In this document: piece by piece, positions 20,741 to 31,161 of the stretch
Layout of the letters: the number at the start of each line of letters is the position of its first letter
How positions within the stretch are numbered: the stretch's first letter is position 1
Assembly (NCBI GenBank): GCA_963666345.1
Contig: OY762721.1
Coordinates: 1,376,001 to 1,440,000 of the forward strand
Direction: 5' to 3'
DNA length: 64,000 nt
Origin: Desulfatiglandales bacterium
GTDB taxonomy: Bacteria > Desulfobacterota > DSM-4660 > Desulfatiglandales > Desulfatiglandaceae
Notes under the pieces: model-generated
Seen by the model: the letters and a program-made list of their open reading frames with translations, nothing else
Told to the model about the DNA's origin: nothing
Databases searched by the model: none
Made by a program: the position numbers and the translations under genes

Positions 20741-21640
20741 TTACGCCTCAGTTAAAGAAATGAAAGGGGATAACTCGTCCGAATTCAATGCCAAAGTAAT
20801 TGAAGGAAGGGCTGCCATGTCAACATGGAATAGATCATAAAATACAGGCGGGGATAAGTGGATGTAGACCATATGGGCATGGGTTTGGCCGGGGATGATC
20901 AGGTCCCCTTCCTGACGGTGAAGATATAATATGCCGCTTGTACCTTCGTGATTTGAAAAACCCTGCCCGGTAAGGTCCTGTGCCTTTATCAGGTTGATAT
21001 AGTGCCCCGAAAGTAGAAAACCTAAATTCAGGGTGGGCTGATTTTTTTCATATTCAAGCCTGAGTTTTTCCCTAGGCTCAATGTCCAAACGGCTGAGCCA
21101 GAATCCTTCTTTAATTCGATACACCCATCGATTTTGAGAGGGCAGTACCACCCCGGTTTTTTTATGGGAAAGGAGCTGCCAAAGGTGTCCCAGCATGATG
21201 CCCGGTTTGGTATGTTCATGTGTCATTCCGTCCTGAAAACTTATAAAAAACCCCTTGTCTTCAAGCTCGGTGGGACCACCCTTTACGAGGTCAACCAGGC
21301 TATCGAGAGGTTCGATGGACATCGATCTGAACATCTTCAGCAATCCTCCGAGGTGGGCAGGTGTGCAGCTTACGAAAAACTCTGCCGCCTCAGGACCGTT
21401 TCCGTACAAGCCGTATCGCTTTTCGACAATATCAATGGTCACAAGGGCGTTTAAGAACCTCTCCGTATTGCCCGCATGCGCATTGATGGAGGATGCGATA
21501 TCGGCTGCAGAGCGAAAACTGGTCATCTCATCATAAATGTTCAGCTCGATGCCTGCCATGAGCAGCCGTGTGCGTATGGGGGGCAGTGGCGATTTCATGA
21601 AGCGGTCCGTAACTGTTTTCAACCGCGGAAAGTTTTTCAT
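20741..21640 (-). pseudogene. Chimeric ORF: O-methyltransferase dimerisation domain joined to a PchR-like AraC N-terminal region, lacking catalytic and HTH domains
   Basis: First ~125 aa (LLMAGIELNIYD...TERFLNAL) resemble O-MTase N-termini; the remainder (LGFLLSG...IHLSP) resembles AraC sensing regions; no SAM motif and no C-terminal HTH. Confidence 0.5.
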
Positions 21641-21745
21641 TTTAACTTACATTATCCATTAAGTATCCTTTCGACTGCGGGCCGCTTGTCTTTGCTAAAA
21701 TACCCGCTAGGGCCGAAATATTCTAAGGTGAAGGTTTCTCAGCGC

Positions 21746-22147
21746 CTAGTCCACCATAAAGGCATTATGTTTCAACTTCGCTTGCGCGTAGAGCCTGAGC
21801 GCCTCGTCAATATCCTTTATATCGGTTGCTATCACCCTGACGCCGCGGCTTGAAAAGTGCCGGTAGGCACCGATGCCTATCATATTCACAATAAGCGCCT
21901 CGCAGTCCTTGAAAACATCAAACATGTCGTTATGCCTCTGCTCGGTGTCGGGGCCGAAGCCGTGCCTCCCCTTTTCATCCGTCTGGGGATGGGTCTCAAT
22001 GGCTGAAAAAATCTCATGCCCGGGCTTTTCCCTCTCCTCTTTGTCCACGATACTTCCTTCATCCAGGGTGTATACATGGATGCGGCCGCTGCCGCCGAAG
22101 TGCGTGGCTATATTTAACCCGTCATCCGTTGCCACCGCGATTTTCAT
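21746..22147 (-). CDS. NifB/NifX family (FeMo-cofactor biosynthesis-like) metal-binding protein
   Basis: MKIAVATDDG...HFG, DCEALIV..IG.GA; His-rich insert. Confidence 0.85.
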   Translation of the reverse strand: MKIAVATDDGLNIATHFGGSGRIHVYTLDEGSIVDKEEREKPGHEIFSAIETHPQTDEKGRHGFGPDTEQRHNDMFDVFKDCEALIVNMIGIGAYRHFSSRGVRVIATDIKDIDEALRLYAQAKLKHNAFMVD

Positions 22148-22227
22148 ATCCCGCTCCTTTATCTGATAAGCGGGCGCGCCTTACTTAAGGCACGCCCGCA
22201 CAGGTTAAGCAAAAAAAAGGCTGGTCT

Positions 22228-23496
22228 CTAAAACTCCACAGCCAGTTTGACCGTAAACAGATTCCTGTCATCGGCTATCATGCCGGTGCCGTCCTGGTTG
22301 TCCTCATCATATTCGCCGTGCAGAAACTCCCCGGACAGGGTCATATTCTCGAAAAGATCATAGTTGCCCACGATTCCGTACTGTTTCTCAGGCACAAGGC
22401 CGTACATATCGCTGGTCCCCTCATACCTGAGGCCCACCTGAAGGGGTTCAATGGGTCTCATGGCAAGTTCCAGGTTATAGGCCGAGGGTTTTGTCTTCAT
22501 AGCCGTGCCCACACGGTTTACAGAGTAACCCATTTCACCCGCCCTGAAGTCATCGAGTGCTGTTATATACTCAGCGCCAAAGCTGTATATGCCGAATTCG
22601 CAGACAAAGTACGCAGCCACGCCACCCACAGTATCATCCAGATCGTTTAAAGCACCGTCTATATTGATATCCTGGACCTCGTCCTGAAGGGTGTCGCTGT
22701 CGGCCACGTTGTTGATATATGAAAGGCCCATGAGAAGGTTTACTCCTCCCAGGGTACCCTCGGGATTATGGATATTTACATCACCGAAAAACCCGTTTAT
22801 CCTGCCGTCGTCTTCAAAGTCATCCTCGATATCCCCGTGGTACACACCGGCTCCCAACGAAACCCATTCCCCCTCAAAGCCTGCCTCAAGAGCCGTTTCT
22901 CCCGCCTCAAAGACCACCTGGGTTACAGGGTCCGATACGAACCAGGTGTTAAGCTCCCCGAAGTGCGGACAGTATTTTCCGGCCAGGAGATAAAATCCTT
23001 TTGTATCCTCTGTTCCGCCCAGAAGAAGGGTGGCCTCATCGACCCTTAGCCTGTCCGCGTCCTCATCTTCCTCATACAGGAGGGTAACGTGCCCCTTGGC
23101 ATACCTGTTTATGTCCATGTCAAGACCCAGTTCAAATGTTGAAAGGGCTATGTCGTCGTTTGTCACGCTGTCTGACTGAAGAGTTACAGGATTGATGGTA
23201 TCTGCCTTTTCACTTCCGAATTCCACTTCAATGGCACCGGACAGTCCTATCTTTTCGGTCCATTCCACCCCCTCTTTTACCGCATCGGAAAAAGTGGCCT
23301 TTTCATTAAGATCGGCCATCTGCCTCTCTTTTTTCTGAAGCTCTTCTTCAAGTTGCCCCATTCTTTCCTTCATATCCTTTATTTCCTGCATAAGCTCATA
23401 GTTTGACATCTCGCCTGCAAATGCCGGAATGCATGGCATGGCGCCGCACAACGAAATACACATAATCAGCTTTAATAGCTTTTTCATCTTCTGCAC
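22228..23496 (-). CDS. LbtU-like outer-membrane porin
   Basis: Signal peptide, coiled coil, LSGAIEVE, LLYEED, C-terminal LAVEF beta-signal; acidic. Confidence 0.75.
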   Translation of the reverse strand: MQKMKKLLKLIMCISLCGAMPCIPAFAGEMSNYELMQEIKDMKERMGQLEEELQKKERQMADLNEKATFSDAVKEGVEWTEKIGLSGAIEVEFGSEKADTINPVTLQSDSVTNDDIALSTFELGLDMDINRYAKGHVTLLYEEDEDADRLRVDEATLLLGGTEDTKGFYLLAGKYCPHFGELNTWFVSDPVTQVVFEAGETALEAGFEGEWVSLGAGVYHGDIEDDFEDDGRINGFFGDVNIHNPEGTLGGVNLLMGLSYINNVADSDTLQDEVQDINIDGALNDLDDTVGGVAAYFVCEFGIYSFGAEYITALDDFRAGEMGYSVNRVGTAMKTKPSAYNLELAMRPIEPLQVGLRYEGTSDMYGLVPEKQYGIVGNYDLFENMTLSGEFLHGEYDEDNQDGTGMIADDRNLFTVKLAVEF

Positions 23497-23541
23497 ACTC
23501 CTTTCCTCTTTTCATAGTTCATTGACATGTCCGCAAATGAA

Positions 23542-24549
23542 TTATCCGGCGAATGCCTTTATCCATTTTAAGAGAACGACCGGATACTCAAGCACACCCG
23601 AATCGGCATAAAAAGGCAGGTTATAAAGGGCCATCTCTTTGACCGCCTTTACCTTCATGATCTCAGGGTGTTCTTTTGAATAGGTCCTTATCGTCTTCTG
23701 CACGGCAAAGGCGTCACCCGTCATAACGATCACGTCAGGGTTGGCCTTGATTATAGGGGCCAGGTCCATCCCTTTCCTTGTCTTGCGCACCAAGTAATGG
23801 CCCTTTTCAGTTTTACCGCCCGCAGGCATGAAGCAGTCCCCGACATTGACGCAACCCAGGGGTCCAAGCAGAAACCTGTCTGAATATCCTCCAGGGGCCT
23901 CCACCCTCAACAGGCACTTCCCGGTTGAAGGCTGATATGTGCCGCTTAGGATAATTACCTTGTTACCCAGTTTCCGTGCAGGAAGTTTTGTCTTTGCCGC
24001 TGCCAGATCCTTTTTGTATCTTTCAATCACCACTTCGGCCTTTGCTTCCCGTCCCACAAGTCGGCCAACCTTCAGTACCGCCTGCTCCAACCCGGCTGAA
24101 AAATCAACAAACTCTATCTTGACACCCTGCTTTTCCATGATCGGAACAATGTTTTCCGGTTTCACCTTCGGCATGTAGAGGCAGAAGGGATCGCTTTTTT
24201 CAACAATGATCCGGCTTATACCCATCTTTTTGCACGCATTCGGAACCACCTGCTTTTTTATGGATACACATCGCGGGCACCCCAGCATCTGGGATGCGGT
24301 CTTGAGCCTTTTCGCCATGGGCCACAGCGACCCCCTTACCGACATTGCCTCGGGAATCACGCCAAGGTTAAAGGCGATATCAACCACCCGGTCCCCTATG
24401 ATGATGGTCTTTATCTTCTCGGGTGGCGGGGATTTCATCCCCGCCTCAGCCTTTACAGGCAGAAGCGTCACAGCAAAGATAAGGGCCAGTGCAGCCGCCC
24501 ATGACGCAACAACCTTGAAATAAAACCGTTTTTTCAAATTCTCTTTCAT
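23542..24549 (-). CDS. Periplasmic substrate-binding protein (TroA-like/Fe-chelate class)
   Basis: Signal peptide; VGRLVGREAKAEVVIERY connecting helix; ANPDVIVM. Confidence 0.65.
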   Translation of the reverse strand: MKENLKKRFYFKVVASWAAALALIFAVTLLPVKAEAGMKSPPPEKIKTIIIGDRVVDIAFNLGVIPEAMSVRGSLWPMAKRLKTASQMLGCPRCVSIKKQVVPNACKKMGISRIIVEKSDPFCLYMPKVKPENIVPIMEKQGVKIEFVDFSAGLEQAVLKVGRLVGREAKAEVVIERYKKDLAAAKTKLPARKLGNKVIILSGTYQPSTGKCLLRVEAPGGYSDRFLLGPLGCVNVGDCFMPAGGKTEKGHYLVRKTRKGMDLAPIIKANPDVIVMTGDAFAVQKTIRTYSKEHPEIMKVKAVKEMALYNLPFYADSGVLEYPVVLLKWIKAFAG

Positions 24550-24568
24550 GATAGTCTTCTCCGATTCT

Positions 24569-25573
24569 TTAAAATTTCATTGCCAGCTTGACCACGACCT
24601 GGAAATCCTCTGAAAGCTGGGTGCCGTTCAGATCCCGGTAGACCGGAATCGGAACGCAGGCGTCAAGATGCATCCCCTTGTGAAACTTGAAATGAACGCC
24701 GGGGGATAGGTATATGACATGGCCGCCAGTGTTTTCCTGCTTTTGGCCGTCAAGTTTTGCCTTTCCCTTTACATCCCCGTTCAGCTCAAGTCCCAGATCA
24801 AACAGCCTTGATACTGCATAGCCGTAGGCAAAGTTATATTTAAACCGATCCGGTTTCTCATAATCCCTGCTCCCCAGCTCACCTTCAGTGGAGAGCTTGC
24901 ACATGAAATAGCTTGACAGCCAGTGCCGGCCGATAACCTTGTGAGCGCCAAGCTCCACTATCGGATCCCACGAACCTGAACCGGTCTGCAAAAATCCGGG
25001 CAGGAACACGCCTGCCTCGTCTTTCTCGTCTGTTTCCCCGGTAGGCATCTTCACTCCCACGCCGACAGCCATATTAAGAGGGTCTTTTCGCTTCTGCGAC
25101 ATGATCCTGTACCTGGAAATGAGTTTTATGTCGCCTACCCCTGAATTGCTGTCTGCAAAGTCCTTTGTCTTGGAATGCCTGTACATATGCTTGTCAAGAA
25201 ATGGAACCACCACACGAGCATCAAAGTTCTCAAATATCCCGGCTCGCAGGGTGAGCTGATACTTATCCGTAGTCTTTTTACTCACCTTTTTGCCTGGCCC
25301 TGTGGGCCTTGCAAAATCTACCTCATCGTCTCCTTGGTAAAGCTGGTCCTCTATGACGTTGATATATTTAAGTATGATCCCACATTCGCCCTTCTCATAG
25401 ACTCCTCCATTGCTTTGATTCACCGGCCCCACAGGCCTGGGCCCCTTTGCCTGCTTATCCTTCTGAGCAGCACCCGCTGGCTCGACCTGGACGATGAGCA
25501 GACACAGGGCAAGAAAAAGGCCCTGCACAATCCACGGTATCAGCTTGGATCTATTTGATCTGATTTTACACAT
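24569..25573 (-). CDS. Outer-membrane beta-barrel transporter (MetA-pathway/CoxB-like)
   Basis: SGVGDI, GVKMPTG, QTGSGSWD, terminal Phe; start taken at MCKIRS after AAGGAG. Confidence 0.7.
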   Translation of the reverse strand: MCKIRSNRSKLIPWIVQGLFLALCLLIVQVEPAGAAQKDKQAKGPRPVGPVNQSNGGVYEKGECGIILKYINVIEDQLYQGDDEVDFARPTGPGKKVSKKTTDKYQLTLRAGIFENFDARVVVPFLDKHMYRHSKTKDFADSNSGVGDIKLISRYRIMSQKRKDPLNMAVGVGVKMPTGETDEKDEAGVFLPGFLQTGSGSWDPIVELGAHKVIGRHWLSSYFMCKLSTEGELGSRDYEKPDRFKYNFAYGYAVSRLFDLGLELNGDVKGKAKLDGQKQENTGGHVIYLSPGVHFKFHKGMHLDACVPIPVYRDLNGTQLSEDFQVVVKLAMKF

Positions 25574-25602
25574 CTGACGTGATTCTCCTTTTCGTTTCAT
25601 TT

Positions 25603-25681
25603 AAAAAGGCGCAAAGGGGCTGTATAGTACAGACCCTGTTGCGCCTTCACTTGTCCCGCCTGTTATCGGGACCCGTAAGAC
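25603..25681 (-). ncRNA. Candidate cis-regulatory leader (antiterminator/terminator), copy A
   Basis: GTCTTAC-GG-GTCCCG-loop-CGGGAC-AA-GTGAAGGC overlapping terminator AAGGCGCAA...TTGCGCCTTTTT. Confidence 0.68.
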
Positions 25682-25786
25682 AGCCTCCTTAAAATCTTCA
25701 GAGACCTTGCATCAGTTTTTTCTTCTCTTTTCGGTGCCGCCGGGAATCAGACCATTTTCTGATGCCGGCCGCCCTTTGCGCCCATA

Positions 25787-26584
25787 TTATTTCATGTCAC
25801 GCGCCTGCACCCATATCACTGCGTCCTGGGACAACTCTTTACCCTTAAATTTATCAGCCGGACCCGCGCCGAGCGCGCAAAAGCCCCACCATCCGGCCCT
25901 GGGGATGCCGAAGGAAAACTCACCGTTTACATTAGCCTTGATGGTCATGGTTACAAAGGCATCCTGTGGGGCCTCGACCTGAGCCTCTTTTGCAAATGCG
26001 TTTTTTTCCATCATCGGCATGTGGTTCATGTACTCCACCTCTATCTCGGCATACGGTACCGGTTTTCCGTCCCCTTTTACGATTCCCCTGAATACGTTGC
26101 CTGTCCAGAGCGCATAAGGCTTGTCAAGGGGCACGATTTCCGCGGGCATGCCTAACTCAGCATCCCAGTCGGTCGGGAAACCGCCCGTGTTGACTATTAC
26201 CTTGCTTATCTGCTGTATGTAGCAGTCTTCTTCCTTTTCATAATACGGAGAAGGCACAAGACAGAACACATTGTCACCCATACCTCTCAGCTTATAGTCA
26301 GCTTCATAGGCCTTTCCGCTGTTTGTAAGGCTTACCCAGTTAATGGGCCTGAGGGTATCTAAGAGGTCCTTTTTCTTTCCCTTTCGAACGACAAAGAACT
26401 GCTCCGGCTCTCCCATGTCCATGGTGTGCCCCGCCTCAAAGGGGTGAGTGAAGACAAGCTTCATGTCTATATTCTCAGCCTTATCAAGGGCCGCATCAGG
26501 TGTGTAGATCATCTGGAAATGGGCAAACGCCGGAGCCGCCGTCATCAGGAACAATCCTGCCAGTAAAACGATCGCTTTTTTCAT
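25787..26584 (-). CDS. DUF4198 (NikM-like) periplasmic metal-uptake protein
   Basis: Signal ending AFA-HFQMIY, FTHPF, GKPVPYAEIEVEY, GWWGFCAL. Confidence 0.85.
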   Translation of the reverse strand: MKKAIVLLAGLFLMTAAPAFAHFQMIYTPDAALDKAENIDMKLVFTHPFEAGHTMDMGEPEQFFVVRKGKKKDLLDTLRPINWVSLTNSGKAYEADYKLRGMGDNVFCLVPSPYYEKEEDCYIQQISKVIVNTGGFPTDWDAELGMPAEIVPLDKPYALWTGNVFRGIVKGDGKPVPYAEIEVEYMNHMPMMEKNAFAKEAQVEAPQDAFVTMTIKANVNGEFSFGIPRAGWWGFCALGAGPADKFKGKELSQDAVIWVQARDMK

Positions 26585-26705
26585 GCTGTTATCTCCTTTT
26601 GTCTTCTGATTTTGTAAATTGTCGATTAATCAAATAGTTGAATAATGTACCTGTTTTAAGAGCATAGGAAATAGACTGACAGCTGATAGCTGACAGCTTG
26701 TTCAA

Positions 26706-27023
26706 TCACTCGGTTATCTCGCTTCCCTTGACCTCTATCTCGTGGCCGGGGCCTGCATCAAAGATCACCTTGTAGTCGCCCTGAGGCTTGTCAAAGGTAA
26801 ATTCACTGTCCTGGTCCATCTTGCCTTCGAGCAGAACCTTTTCCCCGCTCTTAACTCTCATCTTTACCCCCGCCGCAGAAGAGCCGTCCGAGAAGCCCCC
26901 CTCGCAGGTGATCGAGCCGTCCCCGTTGTCATAGCAGGAACAAAGCGGAGTGTGAGCCAAGGCAAAACCGTAAAAGCCCAGAAAAAGCCCAACCATGGCG
27001 ACTAAAAATACTTTTTTGAACAT
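26706..27023 (-). CDS. Small exported metal-transport accessory protein
   Basis: Signal ending ALA-H; CSC, EGGFSDGS, FDAGPGH; lies between feoB and DUF4198. Confidence 0.75.
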   Translation of the reverse strand: MFKKVFLVAMVGLFLGFYGFALAHTPLCSCYDNGDGSITCEGGFSDGSSAAGVKMRVKSGEKVLLEGKMDQDSEFTFDKPQGDYKVIFDAGPGHEIEVKGSEITE

Positions 27024-27043
27024 TTTGAAATCCTCCTTTTTTG

Positions 27044-29503
27044 TTAATATTCAGACCTGTTTTTGATAAATCCCATCAAAATTGTGAAACTCAACGCCAG
27101 ACCGTAAAATGCCATCATCGCCTGGACTCCCGTCAGCCCCAGGGCGCTTCCCCCTGAAAAGACGAGTACTGCCACAAATAGCCCCAGAATCATCGGGTAT
27201 ATCATGGAAAAAAGCATCCATTTGACCGACCCGGTCTGTATCTTTACGGCGATCGTAGTAGCGATACAGGGCGGATAGAGCACCATAAAGAGCATCAGGG
27301 CAAGGGCGTGAAGCGAGGTAAAGGCCCCCTCCTGCTTTTCCATGCGCTTTTCCAGACTTTCACCTTCATCCTCCTGCTGGTAAAGGGCACCCAGCGTTGC
27401 CACACTGCTCTCCTTGGCTGCAAAGGCGCTCAAAAGGGCCACGTTCACCCGCCAGTTAAAACCGGCCCACCTGCTCGCGGGCTCAAGCACTCTGCCCAGC
27501 CTTCCGAGAAAACTGTTGTCGATATTCTCCTTTCTGATCTCCCTTAAAAGCCTTTTTCTGGCCTTAAAGAGTTTTTTAAAGGCACGGTTGACCTTTTTGG
27601 CCTCTTTGTCCTTTCCCGGCCTTACGATCCTGAAAAAACCAGGATTCTTCTCCCTGAATTTCTCGTTCAGGGCGGCTGTGGCCTCCTTACCCTTTGTACC
27701 CATCTTTGCGCCCTTGTAGTCATCCCAGTAAAGGACAAGCGGCATGAGGTTTTCTTTGTTTAGCCTGTCCGCATAGACCGTTCCCTGAATCTTCTTCAGG
27801 AATGAACCGACCGCCCTTTCTTTTTCACCCTCGTAATATTGAACCCTCTGCGCATCCAGCCTTGGGAACTGAAGGAGCACGAATATGACGACAGCCACAG
27901 CAGCCACAATGGTGGTTATCTTCCTGATGAAGAGCCACACCCTCTCGGTCGCCCTTTTGAGAACGCTTCTTACGGAAGGGATATGGTAGGGAGGCATCTC
28001 CATCACAAAGGGGGCGGTATGCCTTTTCCTTAAGACGGTAAGGGTCAGAAGCTTTGATATCGGCAGCACGCAGAGCAGGCTTATGGTGGAGATAAAAAGC
28101 ATGGCAAGGGTTTTGTGCTCGGCAAAGTAGATATTTATGAGAAGCACGTAAAGCGGGACCTTGGCAAGGCAGTTTAAGAGCGGAATTATCAGTATGGTCG
28201 CAAACCTTGATCTCTCGTCAGGGATCCCCTTGCACGACATGACCGCGGGAACCGCGCATCCTCCCACATACACACCCCCGAGCACCATCGGGAGGGTTGA
28301 TTGCCCGTGAAGGCCGAAGCGGCTGAAAAGCCTGTCCATGATAAAGGCCATCCTGGGCATATAGCCGCTGTCCTCCAGGATGGCTATAAGGCTGAAGAGT
28401 ATGAAAAATATCGGGATATAGTTTAAAAGTGCGTTTATGCTGTCAACAAACCAGAGCGCAAAAGCGCGTATGACGGGCACATCGATAAAACCGGGCGTAG
28501 GAGAAACGGCCTCCGTGAAGCTTCTTATCTGGGCCAGAAGGGGCCAGGTATAATTTGTGACCCTGTATCCCTGGACAATGGAAAGGTAGTAGAGAAGCCA
28601 TATCACACCGATCAGAACAACAGGCCCCATAAAACGGTTGCACACGACCCTGTCTATTCTTTCAGACAAGGGCACCTTCCAGGTATCCTTGCTTGTACAT
28701 GACCTTATGATTTCATCGGCTGTCTCATATCTCCTGTGGGCGATATGAACCGCCGGCAGCTCACCGTGGCGGGCCTCAAAATCAGACCTGAGTCTTTCCA
28801 CCTTCTCAAGGAACTCGTCCGCATCCGCATGGTGCTCCCTTATGAGCCTTTGGACCTCACCGTCTCCCTCCATAAGCTTTATTGCCAGCCACCGGCCGGG
28901 CAGATCGGACGGACCGGCCTTCTCCGCTGAGATCATCTCCTCTAACTTGCGGATAAACTCCTCCATTTCGCCGTAATCGATCCTGGATCCCGCACGTCTT
29001 TCCTTTTTGCCGACGATATTGTTGATCGCCTTAAGGACTTCTTTTTTACCCTTGCCTTTCTTGATCGAGGTAGGCACCACCGGCAGGTTGAGTCTCTCGG
29101 AAAGCCTGTTCACGTCGATCTTTAGTCCCCTTCCCTCGGCCACATCCATCATGTTGAGTTCGAATAACAGGGGGATGTCCATTTCTATGAGCTGAAAGGT
29201 AAGATAGAGGCTTCTTTTAAGGGTGGCGGCATCTGCAATATTTATTATCAGATTCGGCTTTTCACTGATGATAAAATCCCTTGAAACCCTTTCTTCAAGG
29301 CTGTAGGAGGTGAGGCTGTAGGTGCCAGGAAGGTCCACTACTTCTATCTTTTTCCCGTTATGCCTGTACCAGCCCGACATCTTATCGACCGTTACACCCG
29401 GGTAATTGGCCACATGCTGGCTTGCGCCTGTAAGCGAATTGAACAGGGTGGATTTTCCGCAGTTCGGCTGTCCTGCAAGGGCTATGACCGCATCCTTTTT
29501 CAT
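27044..29503 (-). CDS. feoB: Ferrous iron transporter B
   Basis: GQPNCGKS, NYPGVTV, DLPGTYSL, LEDSGYMPR, MEMPPY, AKES, LYPPC. Confidence 0.97.
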   Translation of the reverse strand: MKKDAVIALAGQPNCGKSTLFNSLTGASQHVANYPGVTVDKMSGWYRHNGKKIEVVDLPGTYSLTSYSLEERVSRDFIISEKPNLIINIADAATLKRSLYLTFQLIEMDIPLLFELNMMDVAEGRGLKIDVNRLSERLNLPVVPTSIKKGKGKKEVLKAINNIVGKKERRAGSRIDYGEMEEFIRKLEEMISAEKAGPSDLPGRWLAIKLMEGDGEVQRLIREHHADADEFLEKVERLRSDFEARHGELPAVHIAHRRYETADEIIRSCTSKDTWKVPLSERIDRVVCNRFMGPVVLIGVIWLLYYLSIVQGYRVTNYTWPLLAQIRSFTEAVSPTPGFIDVPVIRAFALWFVDSINALLNYIPIFFILFSLIAILEDSGYMPRMAFIMDRLFSRFGLHGQSTLPMVLGGVYVGGCAVPAVMSCKGIPDERSRFATILIIPLLNCLAKVPLYVLLINIYFAEHKTLAMLFISTISLLCVLPISKLLTLTVLRKRHTAPFVMEMPPYHIPSVRSVLKRATERVWLFIRKITTIVAAVAVVIFVLLQFPRLDAQRVQYYEGEKERAVGSFLKKIQGTVYADRLNKENLMPLVLYWDDYKGAKMGTKGKEATAALNEKFREKNPGFFRIVRPGKDKEAKKVNRAFKKLFKARKRLLREIRKENIDNSFLGRLGRVLEPASRWAGFNWRVNVALLSAFAAKESSVATLGALYQQEDEGESLEKRMEKQEGAFTSLHALALMLFMVLYPPCIATTIAVKIQTGSVKWMLFSMIYPMILGLFVAVLVFSGGSALGLTGVQAMMAFYGLALSFTILMGFIKNRSEY

Positions 29504-29724
29504 CGCAGAGTCACCTCCACAAACCTTGCCTCGTCATGTCTCAGGCTCACGAAATTGCCATCCAGATCCAGTTCCATCGGATCATTTAGCGGCGCGTTCC
29601 TTATTACCTTCACGCTCAGGCCCGGATACACGCCCATATCGAGCAGTCTCTGCCCCAGTTTATCGATTGCCGACAGTTTCTTGATTACACATTCATCACC
29701 CGGTTTCATCTGATCCAGCGTCAT
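29500..29724 (-). CDS. feoA: Ferrous iron transport protein A
   Basis: RLLDMGVYPG...RNAPLNDP...LRHDEA; overlaps the feoB start; AAGGAG RBS. Confidence 0.95.
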   Translation of the reverse strand: MTLDQMKPGDECVIKKLSAIDKLGQRLLDMGVYPGLSVKVIRNAPLNDPMELDLDGNFVSLRHDEARFVEVTLR

Positions 29725-29739
29725 TACCTGCTCCTTTTC

Positions 29740-29827
29740 AAAAAAAAAGGCGAAACAGGACACATGCATGTGCCCTTGTTCCGCCTTCACTTCTCACGCG
29801 CCGTTTAAAGGCCGCGAGCCGTAAGAC
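29740..29827 (-). ncRNA. Candidate cis-regulatory leader (antiterminator/terminator), copy B, upstream of feoAB
   Basis: GTCTTAC-GG-CTCGCG...CGTGAG-AA-GTGAAGGC followed by terminator AAGGCGGAACA...TGTTTCGCC and a T-run. Confidence 0.72.
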
Positions 29828-29840
29828 ATTCCTAATTATA

Positions 29841-29900
29841 TTAGACAATACAAACTTACTTAGCCTTTTCTAATAATATGCATGGGAATTCCCTTGTCAA
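29841..29900 (-). promoter_or_regulatory. feoAB promoter with TTAG-N6-CTAA (putative DtxR-type) box
   Basis: TTGACA (29895-29900, minus), TATTAT -10, TTAGCCTTTTCTAA at 29860-29873, weaker copy at 29841-29854. Confidence 0.6.
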
Positions 29901-29982
29901 GCTATTTTTAGGATTTTTTCGTTTTGTTCATGTTTTGCCGGCGGTTCATTTGAAAACTCCATGAAACCCATATATAGCTTAT

Positions 29983-31047
29983 TCATGAGCCTACACCTAA
30001 AGGAGCCATCAAATCATCGGCGGCCTTTTCCGAGACACGCTCCACTATGATGCGTCTGATCGCGCCTGACGCAGCATCAGCCCTCTCCGGCCCTGACCTG
30101 TAAATGGCGGCGTCTTTGCCCACAGGGGATGCAGGGCGTGTGTGCCTTTTACTTTTCAACAGCCGCCACGCCTCTTTGAACTTTGCATACTTGCTGCTGT
30201 TCAGTCTAAAATCCGGTGAAAGGGTTACGCTTCTCACAGGGAGCGAACTCCTCGGGATAATAAATGAAGTCACCTTTTCCTCACCTGTAAGCCGGCATAT
30301 CACAAAGTCACATTCGCTCCAGCCTGATCTGCCGTCATGGGATATCCTGTAATATTTTTTCTTCCCTATACACACCGGCCCCGTACTTGTCTTTACGGCA
30401 ATATCCCTGCCGTTTGAACGAATCATGCGCACCCTGCCCTTTTTTATGATACAGGCATCAAGTCCCATGGACTCTAGCTTCTTTCTTACGCGAATCAAAG
30501 GACTCAGTTTTTCCGCAGACAGCCTTTCCGCCGAGTCGCGCTCAAGTCTCCTTCTCTCGCACTTTTCTCTGTATACGCCAGTGTATGGCCGGCCGGACAG
30601 GTTCCTGTAGACCTGCCTTGCGTACTCCCTTGAAAAGCCGAAGCGCCTTCCCAGACCGGAAAGCGAGCTTTCGGTCGAATTGGCCATCTCCATAAAGGAG
30701 GCAGCGGACCCCTTGCCATATTTTCGTTCAAATCTTGATGAAAAACCCTTGGACCTTTGTAGACCGTAGGCCTTCCGCAAATCGCTTATCACCCGGATAG
30801 GCACCCCGAGAAAATCGGCTATCTGGTAGTCAAAGAGGGCCTCTTTCTCGATTTTTTCCTTTATGAACTCATCAAGCCCCATCTTGTAGTGCTCTCTTAC
30901 ATAAGCGTCCAGCAGTTCTCTTTCCATTCCTTGTAAATCCCTCTTTTTGCAGACAATTCGACGCCGATTTTCAGCAGTGGGTCGTTTTACATACCCCGCA
31001 GTTTTCAAGACATAATCGCCAAAGGCTTTTTTTTGACTCCCGGTCAA
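29983..31047 (-). CDS. Hypothetical basic DNA-binding protein (HTH segments, possible nuclease-like C-terminus)
   Basis: QIADFLGV and LSGLGRRFGFSREYARQV HTH-like segments; IAVKTS...CDFVIC...FIIP; start uncertain. Confidence 0.55.
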   Translation of the reverse strand: MTGSQKKAFGDYVLKTAGYVKRPTAENRRRIVCKKRDLQGMERELLDAYVREHYKMGLDEFIKEKIEKEALFDYQIADFLGVPIRVISDLRKAYGLQRSKGFSSRFERKYGKGSAASFMEMANSTESSLSGLGRRFGFSREYARQVYRNLSGRPYTGVYREKCERRRLERDSAERLSAEKLSPLIRVRKKLESMGLDACIIKKGRVRMIRSNGRDIAVKTSTGPVCIGKKKYYRISHDGRSGWSECDFVICRLTGEEKVTSFIIPRSSLPVRSVTLSPDFRLNSSKYAKFKEAWRLLKSKRHTRPASPVGKDAAIYRSGPERADAASGAIRRIIVERVSEKAADDLMAPLGVGS

Positions 31048-31161
31048 GGCAGCGGAAATCCGACACCCCCACCATTCCTGTCCTCAAGATACGGTCCAGG
31101 GTCTTTTCGCTCAGTTCAAGACGAAGCCTTTTTCCCGTTTCGGTTTCCACTGCCGACCTTA

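Noticed and set aside
26674..26700. CTGACAG/CTGATAG heptamer run (also 1105-1142) and 9-mer run at 2250-2280
   Set aside because: Short intergenic simple repeats, too few units to imply a system
29740..29827. NiCo, cobalamin or yybP-ykoY riboswitch
   Set aside because: A single interrupted hairpin without the multi-way junctions or conserved boxes of those families
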